A stretch of DNA of 64,000 nucleotides from Bacillota bacterium. Lineage in GTDB: Bacteria > Bacillota > Clostridia > Christensenellales > UBA1431. The stretch lies in assembly GCA_049324235.1 (NCBI GenBank), contig JBMOLJ010000060.1, positions 135-64,134 of the forward strand. The letters run 5' to 3'. Below, piece after piece: positions 9,621-17,723 of the stretch. The number at the start of each line of letters is the position of its first letter. Within the stretch, counting starts at the first letter, position 1. A program made the translations under genes and the position numbers. The notes below the pieces were generated by a model. That model saw only the letters and a program-made list of their open reading frames with translations. It did no database searches and had not been told where the DNA came from.

Positions 9621-10394
9621 TTAACTCATGCGCGCGCCCGTTATCAACAGGACTTCGCCGGAGACATAGCTTGCAAGGTCGCTTGCCAGGAACAGCACCG
9701 CCTTCGCAACTTCCTCGGGTTCGCCCATGCGCCCCATTGGAATGGAAGACAAACGCTTCCTGATGCCTTCCTCATCCAGCTTGCTGTAATTGTTCTTCAC
9801 CATTTCCGTTGCGATGGTCCCCGGGGCAATCGCGTTGACCCGTATCCCGTACGGGCCAAGCGTCTTTGCGCCGAACTTCGTGAGTGCGATGACGCCCGCC
9901 TTGGAAGCGCCGTAATCCGCACCCGTGCTTCCGCCCGTAACACCGGCTATGGAAGACGTGTTGACGATAACGCCTCCGCCCTGCTCCTTCATCACTTCGG
10001 CGCCGTACTTCATGCCCAGGAATACCGAGCGCAGGTTCACGGCCAATACCAGATCCCACTGCTCCTCTGTCGTGGTAAACAGGTCGCTCATGCGTGCGAT
10101 GCCCGCATTGTTGATGAGAACGTCCAGGCTTCCCCAGCGCCTGGTCGTAGCCTCGATAGCGCCCTTGATAGTCTCCGACTTGGAGACGTCCCCCGTATAG
10201 ACGATCACCTCCGAACCAAGCGCCTCCAACTCGGATTTGGTCTGTTCGATGGGCCCGCCGGCCTGCAGGTCCACGATGGTGATCCCCTTTGCGCCCGCCT
10301 CGGCCATCTTGACAGCTATGCACTTGCCGATGCCCTGCGCGGCTCCCGTTACCATGACCGCTTTCCCTTCCAGAGAAACATTGTACAATTCCAT
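9621..10394 (-). CDS. SDR-family oxidoreductase (FabG-like)
   Basis: TGAAQGIG cofactor motif and YGASK catalytic motif. Start set at MELYNV (ATG 10394, GGGGTG RBS); the 77 upstream codons of the track ORF run through a repeat element. Confidence 0.85.
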   Translation of the reverse strand: MELYNVSLEGKAVMVTGAAQGIGKCIAVKMAEAGAKGITIVDLQAGGPIEQTKSELEALGSEVIVYTGDVSKSETIKGAIEATTRRWGSLDVLINNAGIARMSDLFTTTEEQWDLVLAVNLRSVFLGMKYGAEVMKEQGGGVIVNTSSIAGVTGGSTGADYGASKAGVIALTKFGAKTLGPYGIRVNAIAPGTIATEMVKNNYSKLDEEGIRKRLSSIPMGRMGEPEEVAKAVLFLASDLASYVSGEVLLITGARMS

Positions 10395-10440
10395 CACCCC
10401 ATATTTAATTATTAACCCGTGATAAACGAGAACTTTTAGA

Positions 10441-10686
10441 CCGTCGACAAACCCTTTGGGTTTGCGACGGATTTCCTGTGCGGTTAAATGCCGCTTTTGC
10501 GCCATTTTTTCGCTGCTCATTCCGGGGCCCCCGCACAGCGAAGCTTTGTGGGGAATAAGGAGGAGCAACGCGGCATGCGAGCTTTCATGCTTCCGCGTGG
10601 AAGCGAGCGGAGCGCAGTTTGCTCCCACGCTCTGACGCGCATGTCGTCAGATTGGATTTCAAGTGGGGGATCCCCCCACACCCCCT
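10441..10686. repeat. Family-B mosaic hairpin repeat, long copy 1
   Basis: About 85 percent identical by eye, over about 230 nt, to 47746-47992. It is a chain of short hairpins (GCCGC..GCGGC, CCCCxCAxAGC-gaa-GCTTTGTGGGG, GCTTCCGCGxGGAAGC, GGAGCGxAGTTTGCTCC, CTGACG..CGTCAG). Confidence 0.8.
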
Positions 10687-10815
10687 TTGGAATGCTTTTG
10701 GGCATCCTGACTTTTAATAATAAAAGTGCATCAGGCTTTTGGGAAGGTGACCGTTCAATTTTTTGAATATTATATCATATTTATTTTACTATGGATAGTT
10801 TGATTTATAAAAATA

Positions 10816-10859
10816 CCAGAGGGCAGCGCCTGCGGTGGCATGCAGGGCTGCCCTCTGGT
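10816..10859 (-). terminator. Rho-independent terminator after the membrane protein gene
   Basis: CCAGAGGGCAGC / GCTGCCCTCTGG stem, followed on the minus strand by TATTTTTAT. Confidence 0.65.
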
Positions 10860-10909
10860 TGAGGTTATTATGGCTCTTTTTGTATCTTTAAGCTATTGGC
10901 CGTATTAGC

Positions 10910-11980
10910 TCAGGAAACAGCCTGCTTTTTTGAACCGCCAAGCATTGCCACAATGAGGCAGATCGCTACAATAACCAAAGGAACAACGATACCGGCTTTA
11001 TCCAGGCCCATTGCCGGGAACAGCGTCATCGTGCAAAGGGAAGCTACAAAAATGGCCATTGCCGGCGGGTCAACGTGGACGTCTCCATACACATAGAAGC
11101 AGTCCGCCAGGAACTCGGCCAGGAACGCTCCGGCCATGCCTATCCCCAGGCCCCAGATGAGGGCGGTTTCCACAGGAATTCCGGTAATGGAGCCGCCGTT
11201 TGCGGTTACGAGCATCAATACCGCGTAACCGGCCGGGAGTGTGATGTGGTGCGTTATAGGGATATCCATGCCGACAAGCAGCAACAACAGTGAAGTAGCC
11301 GAGATAAAGAAGCCGATGAACGGGGCATAACCTGCGGTTTGAGGGAACTGGAAGAGGAGGAACGTTGCATAGGCCGATACAAGCGCCCAGCCGACGCTGA
11401 TGACGACCTTCTGCCAGCCGCCGCGCTGCTGCGGAGCCCAGCATGCCAGAAATGTGCCGCCAAAACGTCCGCCGTCAGCTTTGATTTCTTCAGGGACTTT
11501 GCCCATAATGCTGCCGCCGTCAAATATGGCCTTAATAATCAGCGACAGCGGGAAAATCGCGGTGGCGCCGCCGTCGGCTTTGAGGCCCAGGAACGCGGAG
11601 CCGGTGAGCAATACCATTGTGACATAGCCGATCGCACCGGTAATGCCGCCTACGATCAGGACATCGGGCTTTTTCAGTCCGGCGAGCGCTGTGCCCACTG
11701 CGGCTTTGCCCGATTCAAGGTACCCCATCTTACGCGCATACGCAGCAGCGGCTGCGCCCCCCAGGAATGCCATTGCCGGATGGAACCAGAAACCGAACGG
11801 AACGCCGCCGATAAAGGGGATTGCAGACCCCCCGGCTGCGGCAGAGACCGGGCCTAGCACAGCATCGACGCCCATGCCCGCCAGGCCTACCAGACCAGTA
11901 AACACGAAGGCCTGGACACCGCCGATGGTCGTACCGACGATACCGGCGGCAAAAGCAAGAATGATAGAAACGAGATCCAT
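10910..11980 (-). CDS. Polytopic membrane protein of unrecognised family (candidate transporter)
   Basis: About 356 aa, Gly/Ala-rich, with 10 or more hydrophobic segments. AGGAGG lies 8 nt upstream of the ATG at 11980. Divergent from the CdaR regulator gene. Confidence 0.7.
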   Translation of the reverse strand: MDLVSIILAFAAGIVGTTIGGVQAFVFTGLVGLAGMGVDAVLGPVSAAAGGSAIPFIGGVPFGFWFHPAMAFLGGAAAAAYARKMGYLESGKAAVGTALAGLKKPDVLIVGGITGAIGYVTMVLLTGSAFLGLKADGGATAIFPLSLIIKAIFDGGSIMGKVPEEIKADGGRFGGTFLACWAPQQRGGWQKVVISVGWALVSAYATFLLFQFPQTAGYAPFIGFFISATSLLLLLVGMDIPITHHITLPAGYAVLMLVTANGGSITGIPVETALIWGLGIGMAGAFLAEFLADCFYVYGDVHVDPPAMAIFVASLCTMTLFPAMGLDKAGIVVPLVIVAICLIVAMLGGSKKQAVS

Positions 11981-12311
11981 ACAATAATACCTCCTATCTT
12001 TATTCGGGCCGCAAAGGAGCAAATGCAGCTTTGGGCCAAACGTTTATCTGGTCTAAATCCTAAATAGGCAACAAGAAACAAGCCGTAATACGGCGATAAT
12101 GCGCGCAATTACGATTAAAATACTGGTATGTTAATGTTTGCGTTAATTTTGTTTATAATATGACATAATTCCGCTTTTTACTATGTATGTTCAATCCAAT
12201 AATTACCGCTATTATTGTGCTTCCGGTACAAAATACCACTTGGCAATGTGGTATTTTACATCGCTATTTGTTATTATTATGTTAACAAACTTTGCTGGAA
12301 GAGGTGTTGAT

Positions 12312-13445
12312 ATGCTCGATAGTGTATTGGCTCAGACGCTGGCAAAGCGAATCATGAAGTATCTGGGATACAACATCAACATCATGAACGAAAAAGGCAT
12401 CATCATCGCCAGCGGCGACCAGAAGCGCATCGGGGATTTCCATGAGGTAGCCTACAACGTCATTAACGACGGGCTTGATTTCAAGCTCGTGAAACAGGAC
12501 GAAGAAAACTACATCGGCGTAAAGCCGGGCATCAACATGCCGATCATGAATGAGGGCGAGATCATCGGCGCGGTGGGCATATCCGGAAACCCCGACGAGG
12601 TGTTCAAGTTCGCATATCTTGTGCGGATGTCCGTTGAAGCGATGATCGAACATGAATACTACAAGGAACAGATACGCAAGCGGCAGAACAAAAAAAATAT
12701 TTTCTGCAACGCGCTGCTGTTCGAGGAACCGGTAAACATCGCGAGGCTCGAAAACCTTGCAAAAAACCTGCATTATGACAAAACGCTGGTCAGGGTGCCT
12801 GTTATCATCGAATTATTTTCTTTTAAGGATAACGACGCTATATTAGAAAAAGTAAAAGGCGGCGTCCTGCACACGAAGCAGGATATTTCCATGACCCTGG
12901 GCAACAACTGCATCGCCGTTTTTAAGACGGTTCCCGGCAATCAGCTCAACACTTACAGGCAGACCATGCTCCAGTATATTGAAAACATCAACAGTCTCCT
13001 GCCCGAACCGGACAGATGCACGTTCTTTGTCGGGACCCCGCAGGCGCGGCTGGAGGATTACAGGCAGGCCTTCAGCCATGTGACCTGGCTGGAGGACCAT
13101 ATCAAGCCGGCAGTGGGCGCGGTGTACTTCTTCATGGATTATCTGCTCCAGTATTTTCAGGACATGGTGCCCTTCAGTATTTTTGAGAGTGTTTTTTCGC
13201 CCTATACCGAATCGATCGATAAATACGGCAGGGATATCTTCATCGAGACCGCTAACGCCCTCTACCAAAGCGGCATGAATATCAACAAGGCTTCAAAAGC
13301 GCTGTTCATGCACCGCAACACCATCCTTTTCCGGCTCAAGAAAATGAAGGAGACCATAGGCATAGACCCACTGCACAACATGAGCGACCAGCAGCTCCTT
13401 TTCCAGCTGCTCCATTATGTCAAAAACATGGACAGGATACGGTAA
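12312..13445 (+). CDS. CdaR/PucR-family transcriptional regulator (sugar diacid regulator-like)
   Basis: N-terminal diacid-recognition-like domain (LAQxLAKRIMKYLGYNINIMNEKGIIIASGD) and a C-terminal PucR-type HTH (NKASKALFMHRNTILFRLKKM). The ATG at 12312 has an RBS. Confidence 0.8.
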   Translation: MLDSVLAQTLAKRIMKYLGYNINIMNEKGIIIASGDQKRIGDFHEVAYNVINDGLDFKLVKQDEENYIGVKPGINMPIMNEGEIIGAVGISGNPDEVFKFAYLVRMSVEAMIEHEYYKEQIRKRQNKKNIFCNALLFEEPVNIARLENLAKNLHYDKTLVRVPVIIELFSFKDNDAILEKVKGGVLHTKQDISMTLGNNCIAVFKTVPGNQLNTYRQTMLQYIENINSLLPEPDRCTFFVGTPQARLEDYRQAFSHVTWLEDHIKPAVGAVYFFMDYLLQYFQDMVPFSIFESVFSPYTESIDKYGRDIFIETANALYQSGMNINKASKALFMHRNTILFRLKKMKETIGIDPLHNMSDQQLLFQLLHYVKNMDRIR

Positions 13446-13458
13446 AGCACCCAGCGTA

Positions 13459-14907
13459 TCATTTTCCTTTCCCCTGTATTTCCATTGATACAACCCTTCC
13501 TCCCTTTTTCTCAGGCGATGCCAAAGCGCTGTGCCTGTAGCTGTAAAAATAATAGATGACCAGGCCCAGGGCGATCCATACGGCGAACCGTATCCAGGTG
13601 GTTACGGGCAGGTTCAGCATGAGATAGACCGAGAGCAATGCGGACAGCGCGGGAAGAAAGGGCGCCCAGGGCACCCTGAACGGCCGTTCGAGGTCCGGCT
13701 GCGTCCTGCGCAGTATGATGACGCCCACCGCCACGACGGCGAGCGCCGAAAGCGTCCCGATGTTCGCCATTTCCGCAATAAGCCCTACAGGGAGAAAAGC
13801 GCCTATTAAACTCACTGCCAGCCCGATGATCAGCGTATCGAGATAGGGCGTTTTATATTTTTTGTGTATCCTTGAAAAAACCGGCGGCAGAAGCCTGTCC
13901 CTGGACATGGCGAAAAAGACCCTGCTTTGCGCAAACAATACGGCAATGAGGACGCTGGTCAGTCCGGCGAGCGCCCCGACGGATACCAGCGCCGAAGCCC
14001 AGCGGATACCTGCCGACAGCAAGGCGGCCGCTATCGGCGACGACGTATTGAGTTGGGTATAATTGAGCATCCCCGTCAAAACCACGGATACCGCGATATA
14101 GAGCAGGGTGGAAATTAGAAGCGAACTGATGATTCCCCTGGGCAGGTCGCGTTTGGGATTGCGCACTTCCTCGGCCGCCGTTGCAACCGCGTCAAAGCCG
14201 ATATAGGCAAAGAAGACGATTGCAGCTCCCTGCACGATGCCGGAAACACCAAAGGGCGTAAAGGGGACCCAGTTTGCCGTATTGATCCTGCACACCCCCA
14301 GCGCGATAAACAAAGCGACGACCAGCAGCTTGACGGCGACGATGATCTTTGTCGCGCCCGCGCTTTCCCTGGTCCCGCGGATGACGATCCACGTGACCAG
14401 CAGCGCGATGAGCACTGCCGGAATATTAATGATACCACCCTCGGAAACGGAGGCCGTAAACGCAGCGGGCAAAACAACCCCGACCGATCTGAGCATGTCG
14501 CTGAAATACGAACTCCACCCGACCGCAACCGCCCCCGCCGCGACCAGGTATTCCAGGATAAGGTTCCAGCCTATCAGCCAGGCGATGATCTCGCCCATGG
14601 ACGCGTACGCATATGCGTACGCGCTTCCCGCGACAGGCACCATCGACGCGAGTTCGGCATAGCAGAGCGCGGCCAGGGCGGCGGCGATGCCCGAAAGGAC
14701 GAACGAGATGATCACGGCAGGCCCGGCGTATTTTGCCGCGGCAACGCCGGTCAGCACGAATATGCCGGTGCCGATGATCGCCCCCACGCCCAAAGCGGTG
14801 AGGTCAAGCGCGCCCATGGCCCTTTTCAGCCCCTGTTTCCCGTCTTTGTCTTCTCCAGCCGATTTATCGATCGCTTTCTTCCTGAACGCAGTCCTGACCG
14901 GAAGCAT
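13459..14907 (-). CDS. APC-superfamily amino acid permease (cationic amino acid transporter-like)
   Basis: 482 aa with about 12 TM segments. N-terminal GALDLTALGVGAIIGTGIFVLTG motif typical of AA_permease_2/CAT proteins. Confidence 0.85.
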   Translation of the reverse strand: MLPVRTAFRKKAIDKSAGEDKDGKQGLKRAMGALDLTALGVGAIIGTGIFVLTGVAAAKYAGPAVIISFVLSGIAAALAALCYAELASMVPVAGSAYAYAYASMGEIIAWLIGWNLILEYLVAAGAVAVGWSSYFSDMLRSVGVVLPAAFTASVSEGGIINIPAVLIALLVTWIVIRGTRESAGATKIIVAVKLLVVALFIALGVCRINTANWVPFTPFGVSGIVQGAAIVFFAYIGFDAVATAAEEVRNPKRDLPRGIISSLLISTLLYIAVSVVLTGMLNYTQLNTSSPIAAALLSAGIRWASALVSVGALAGLTSVLIAVLFAQSRVFFAMSRDRLLPPVFSRIHKKYKTPYLDTLIIGLAVSLIGAFLPVGLIAEMANIGTLSALAVVAVGVIILRRTQPDLERPFRVPWAPFLPALSALLSVYLMLNLPVTTWIRFAVWIALGLVIYYFYSYRHSALASPEKKGGRVVSMEIQGKGK

Positions 14908-15075
14908 CGCATCACACCCGTGTTTGTTTTAGCAATAGTTTTCGCAATAGCGGATAAGTTATGCCTGCCCGGATTTTTTGCTTTCAAATTGTATAATTAT
15001 ACGTTTCCCCTATACTTTACGTTTTGTGCTATGATAATGCCATCAGGCGGATTCTGTAAAGGAAAGGGGCTTTTT

Positions 15076-15765
15076 ATGGCAAACGTATTGCTGGTAGAGG
15101 ACGACGCAGCCTTGGCGGAGGGGCTAACCTATGCCCTGAATCTGGAGAAATTCGCCGTTTCCCATGTGCGCACCCTGCGGCAGGCGGATGACGCATTGCA
15201 GACGCAAAAGTTCGGCATCATCATACTGGACGTCATGCTGCCTGACGGCAGCGGGCTGGACTTTATCACAAAAATAAAGGAACGCTATGCTACGCCCGTA
15301 CTCTTCCTGACAGCCTGCGACCAGGAATACCAGATCATACTGGGGTTGGATCGCGGCGCAGACGATTATATCACCAAGCCGTTCCGCGTGCGTGAACTCA
15401 TCTCGCGCATACGGGTCATACTGCGGCGCACTGGCGCCACGTCTTCGTTCCGGCTGGTCTCCGGCCCCCTGACGCTGGATACGCAAAGCACCGAACTTCA
15501 TCTCAGCGGCGAACCTCTCCCGCTGACGCTGATGGAGTACAGACTGCTGCTGTATTTCATGAAACACCCCAAACAGGTGCTGACCCGCGCGCGCCTTTTA
15601 GCCGGACTGTGGGATAACGGCGGCCAGTTCGTGGATGACAACACGCTGTCCGTGAACATCCGCAGGCTGCGCGAAAAAATTGAAGAAAACAGCGCCACTC
15701 CCCAATATATCATCACCGTGCGGGGAATCGGTTACATGTGGAACAGGGAGGTGGCGGGCGTTTGA
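15076..15765 (+). CDS. OmpR-family response regulator (BceR-like)
   Basis: Receiver domain (LLVEDD, ILDVMLPDGSG) plus winged-helix output (TVRGIGY). Start at MANVLLVEDD. Confidence 0.9.
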   Translation: MANVLLVEDDAALAEGLTYALNLEKFAVSHVRTLRQADDALQTQKFGIIILDVMLPDGSGLDFITKIKERYATPVLFLTACDQEYQIILGLDRGADDYITKPFRVRELISRIRVILRRTGATSSFRLVSGPLTLDTQSTELHLSGEPLPLTLMEYRLLLYFMKHPKQVLTRARLLAGLWDNGGQFVDDNTLSVNIRRLREKIEENSATPQYIITVRGIGYMWNREVAGV

Positions 15766-16790
15766 AACAGCCCTCGTTCTACGGAAAAAGGCGGTATTCT
15801 ATTGCCTTCAAATACCTTTTGTGCTTTATCCCGCTCGGTCTTTACCTGCTGATTCAAAGGGACAGGGCAGACTATGTGGCAGCCGTTTTGTTGCTGCTTT
15901 CGGCGCTTGCGGCCTGCTGCATCCTGTTTTTTAGTGCCCGTAGGGAACGCAGGATGCTGGGGGGCCTGCAAAAAATCGCCGATGCGGCGGAATCCGGATT
16001 TGCAGCAGAACTGTCCACCCTGGACGAAGGGATGCTGGGCGCGGTGCAGCACGCCCTGTGCAAGATCGTGAACGAAGCGCGGCACACCATTGCGTCCGGT
16101 GCGGCACAGAAGGAGTATATGCAGGAATTCGTTTCCCACATATCCCATCAGATGAAGACCCCCATCGCTTCCATCAGCATGTACCACGAGCTGATGCAGG
16201 ATAACCCTGAGATGCCGCGCGCCGACGCCGAACGCTTTCTGCACCGCTCGCAGGAGCAGCTAAAAAGGCTGGAATGGCTGATTAGCACGCTGCTGCAGAT
16301 CGCCAGGCTGGAAGCCGACAGCATCGTCATGGAAATGCGCCCCCAATCCCTTATATCCACCCTCCACAGTGCAATGAAGACTTTTGAAGAGATCGCCGCC
16401 CAAAAAGGGATTGCTCTGAATCTGGACGCCGGAGAGGACTATCCGCTGCCGCATGATGAAAAATGGCTGACGCAGGCCTTTGAAAATCTCATCAAAAACG
16501 CCATCGAGCATACGGATGCGGGCGGGACCGTCGGCATACAGACCGGCCAGAACAATTTTTACGTGTGGGTCAAAATTGCAGACAACGGCGCGGGCATGGA
16601 TGAAGAGAAGATAAAGCATATTTTCGACGCGTTCTACAGCCACAGGGAGGACGATTCCGTCGGTGCGGGGCTGGGGCTTGCGCTCGTGAAATCCATCATC
16701 AAGCGGCATGGCGGGGAGATCTATGTGAAAAGCAAAAAGGGCGTGGGTACGCGCTTTGAGATCACCTTCGATAAAAGCCGCGCATCGTAA
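15738..16790 (+). CDS. Intramembrane-sensing histidine kinase (BceS-like)
   Basis: Two TM helices separated by a loop of about 7 residues, with no sensor domain. H-box SHISHQMKTP and the N and G boxes are present. The start is uncertain (ATG 15738 or TTG 15762); both overlap the end of the RR gene. Confidence 0.85.
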   Translation: MEQGGGGRLKQPSFYGKRRYSIAFKYLLCFIPLGLYLLIQRDRADYVAAVLLLLSALAACCILFFSARRERRMLGGLQKIADAAESGFAAELSTLDEGMLGAVQHALCKIVNEARHTIASGAAQKEYMQEFVSHISHQMKTPIASISMYHELMQDNPEMPRADAERFLHRSQEQLKRLEWLISTLLQIARLEADSIVMEMRPQSLISTLHSAMKTFEEIAAQKGIALNLDAGEDYPLPHDEKWLTQAFENLIKNAIEHTDAGGTVGIQTGQNNFYVWVKIADNGAGMDEEKIKHIFDAFYSHREDDSVGAGLGLALVKSIIKRHGGEIYVKSKKGVGTRFEITFDKSRAS

Positions 16791-16842
16791 CCTGTGATTA
16801 ATCCGCGGTAAACAGAGCCTGTTAAAAAGAAGCAACCATTTT

Positions 16843-16934
16843 GTCATTCTGAAGGAGCAAAGCGATGGAAGAATCTTTTGCATTAATGATAGGATTCTTC
16901 ACTACCCAAGATTCTTCGCTGCGCTCAGAATGAC
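16843..16934. repeat. Family-A palindromic intergenic repeat
   Basis: GTCATTCTGAAGGAGCAAAGCGATGGAAGAATC ... GATTCTTCGCTGCGCTCAGAATGAC. Confidence 0.7.
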
Positions 16935-16954
16935 AGATAAGTTTTTGCGCCTAT

Positions 16955-16970
16955 CTTACAAAATTGTAAG
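16955..16970 (+). promoter_or_regulatory. BceR-type response-regulator binding box upstream of the ABC genes
   Basis: cTTACA-AAAT-TGTAAg is a perfect inverted repeat. It fits the TNACA-N4-TGTAA consensus I recall for Bce-like modules. It lies about 35 nt upstream of a TGcTATCCT extended -10 candidate (17001-17009). Confidence 0.5.
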
Positions 16971-17042
16971 CGCATCCGTCACCGTATTGCAAATCCTCTC
17001 TGCTATCCTGTACATGGAAAGTACTGTAAGGGAGGAAATAGC

Positions 17043-17723
17043 ATGATTTTACAGACGCAGAACCTGTCGCACGCCTACGGAACGGATGAAACCAGGGTGG
17101 AAGCGCTTAACAATGTGAGCATCAGCATAAGAAAAGGGGAATTCGTGGCCATCATGGGCCCCAGCGGCTGCGGGAAATCCACCCTGATGCACATGCTGGG
17201 CGGCATGGACCGTCCGCAGGAGGGCAGCATCACCGTGGGAGGCCTCGTTATCACCAGCCTTGGCGAAAAGGAACTGGCGGTGTTCCGGCGCAGGCAGGTG
17301 GGGTTCATCTTCCAGAACTTCAACCTGATCCCGGTCCTTACCGCAAAGGAAAATATCCTGCTGCCGCTGCTTCTCGACAACCAGAAATGCGACGAAACGC
17401 ATTTTGGCGACATTGTGCGCCTTGTGGGGCTTCATGACAGGCTGAACAGCCTTCCCAACCAGCTTTCGGGCGGCCAGCAGCAGCGCGTGGCCGTAGCCCG
17501 CGCGCTGATTTATAAGCCCGCCATCGTACTGGCCGACGAACCCACCGGCAATCTGGACAGTAAAAACGCGCTGGAGGTCATCAACCTGTTCAGGCAGTCC
17601 GCGCGCAAATACAACCAGTCCTTCGTCATCGTGACCCACGATAAGACCATCGCGTCCTACGCCGACCGCATACTCCATATGTCCGACGGGCGCATCGTGG
17701 ATGAGGAGGTCTGCGGGCTATGA
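17043..17723 (+). CDS. ABC transporter ATP-binding protein (MacB/BceA-like)
   Basis: Walker A GPSGCGKST, signature LSGGQQQR, Walker B IVLADEPT. Confidence 0.92.
   Translation: MILQTQNLSHAYGTDETRVEALNNVSISIRKGEFVAIMGPSGCGKSTLMHMLGGMDRPQEGSITVGGLVITSLGEKELAVFRRRQVGFIFQNFNLIPVLTAKENILLPLLLDNQKCDETHFGDIVRLVGLHDRLNSLPNQLSGGQQQRVAVARALIYKPAIVLADEPTGNLDSKNALEVINLFRQSARKYNQSFVIVTHDKTIASYADRILHMSDGRIVDEEVCGL

Noticed and set aside
10395-10628. N-terminal 77-codon extension of the SDR ORF. Similar ORFs lie at 10488-10766, 40461-40676 and 47739-47945.
   Set aside because: These frames are translations through the family-B repeats (recurring pseudo-peptides such as GANFAPLASARKRESS). The SDR has a proper RBS-preceded start at 10394.
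14920-15075. Upstream extensions of track ORFs. This is the example for the response regulator. Others are 55750-57408 (glpK), 25862-26218 (DUF1540), 1606-2181, 2256-3503, 35672-36025, 39251-40405, 37909-39282 and 59782-61632.
   Set aside because: In each case an internal ATG or GTG preceded by a GGAGG-like RBS coincides with the start of the conserved domain or signal peptide. The extra codons are unsupported.
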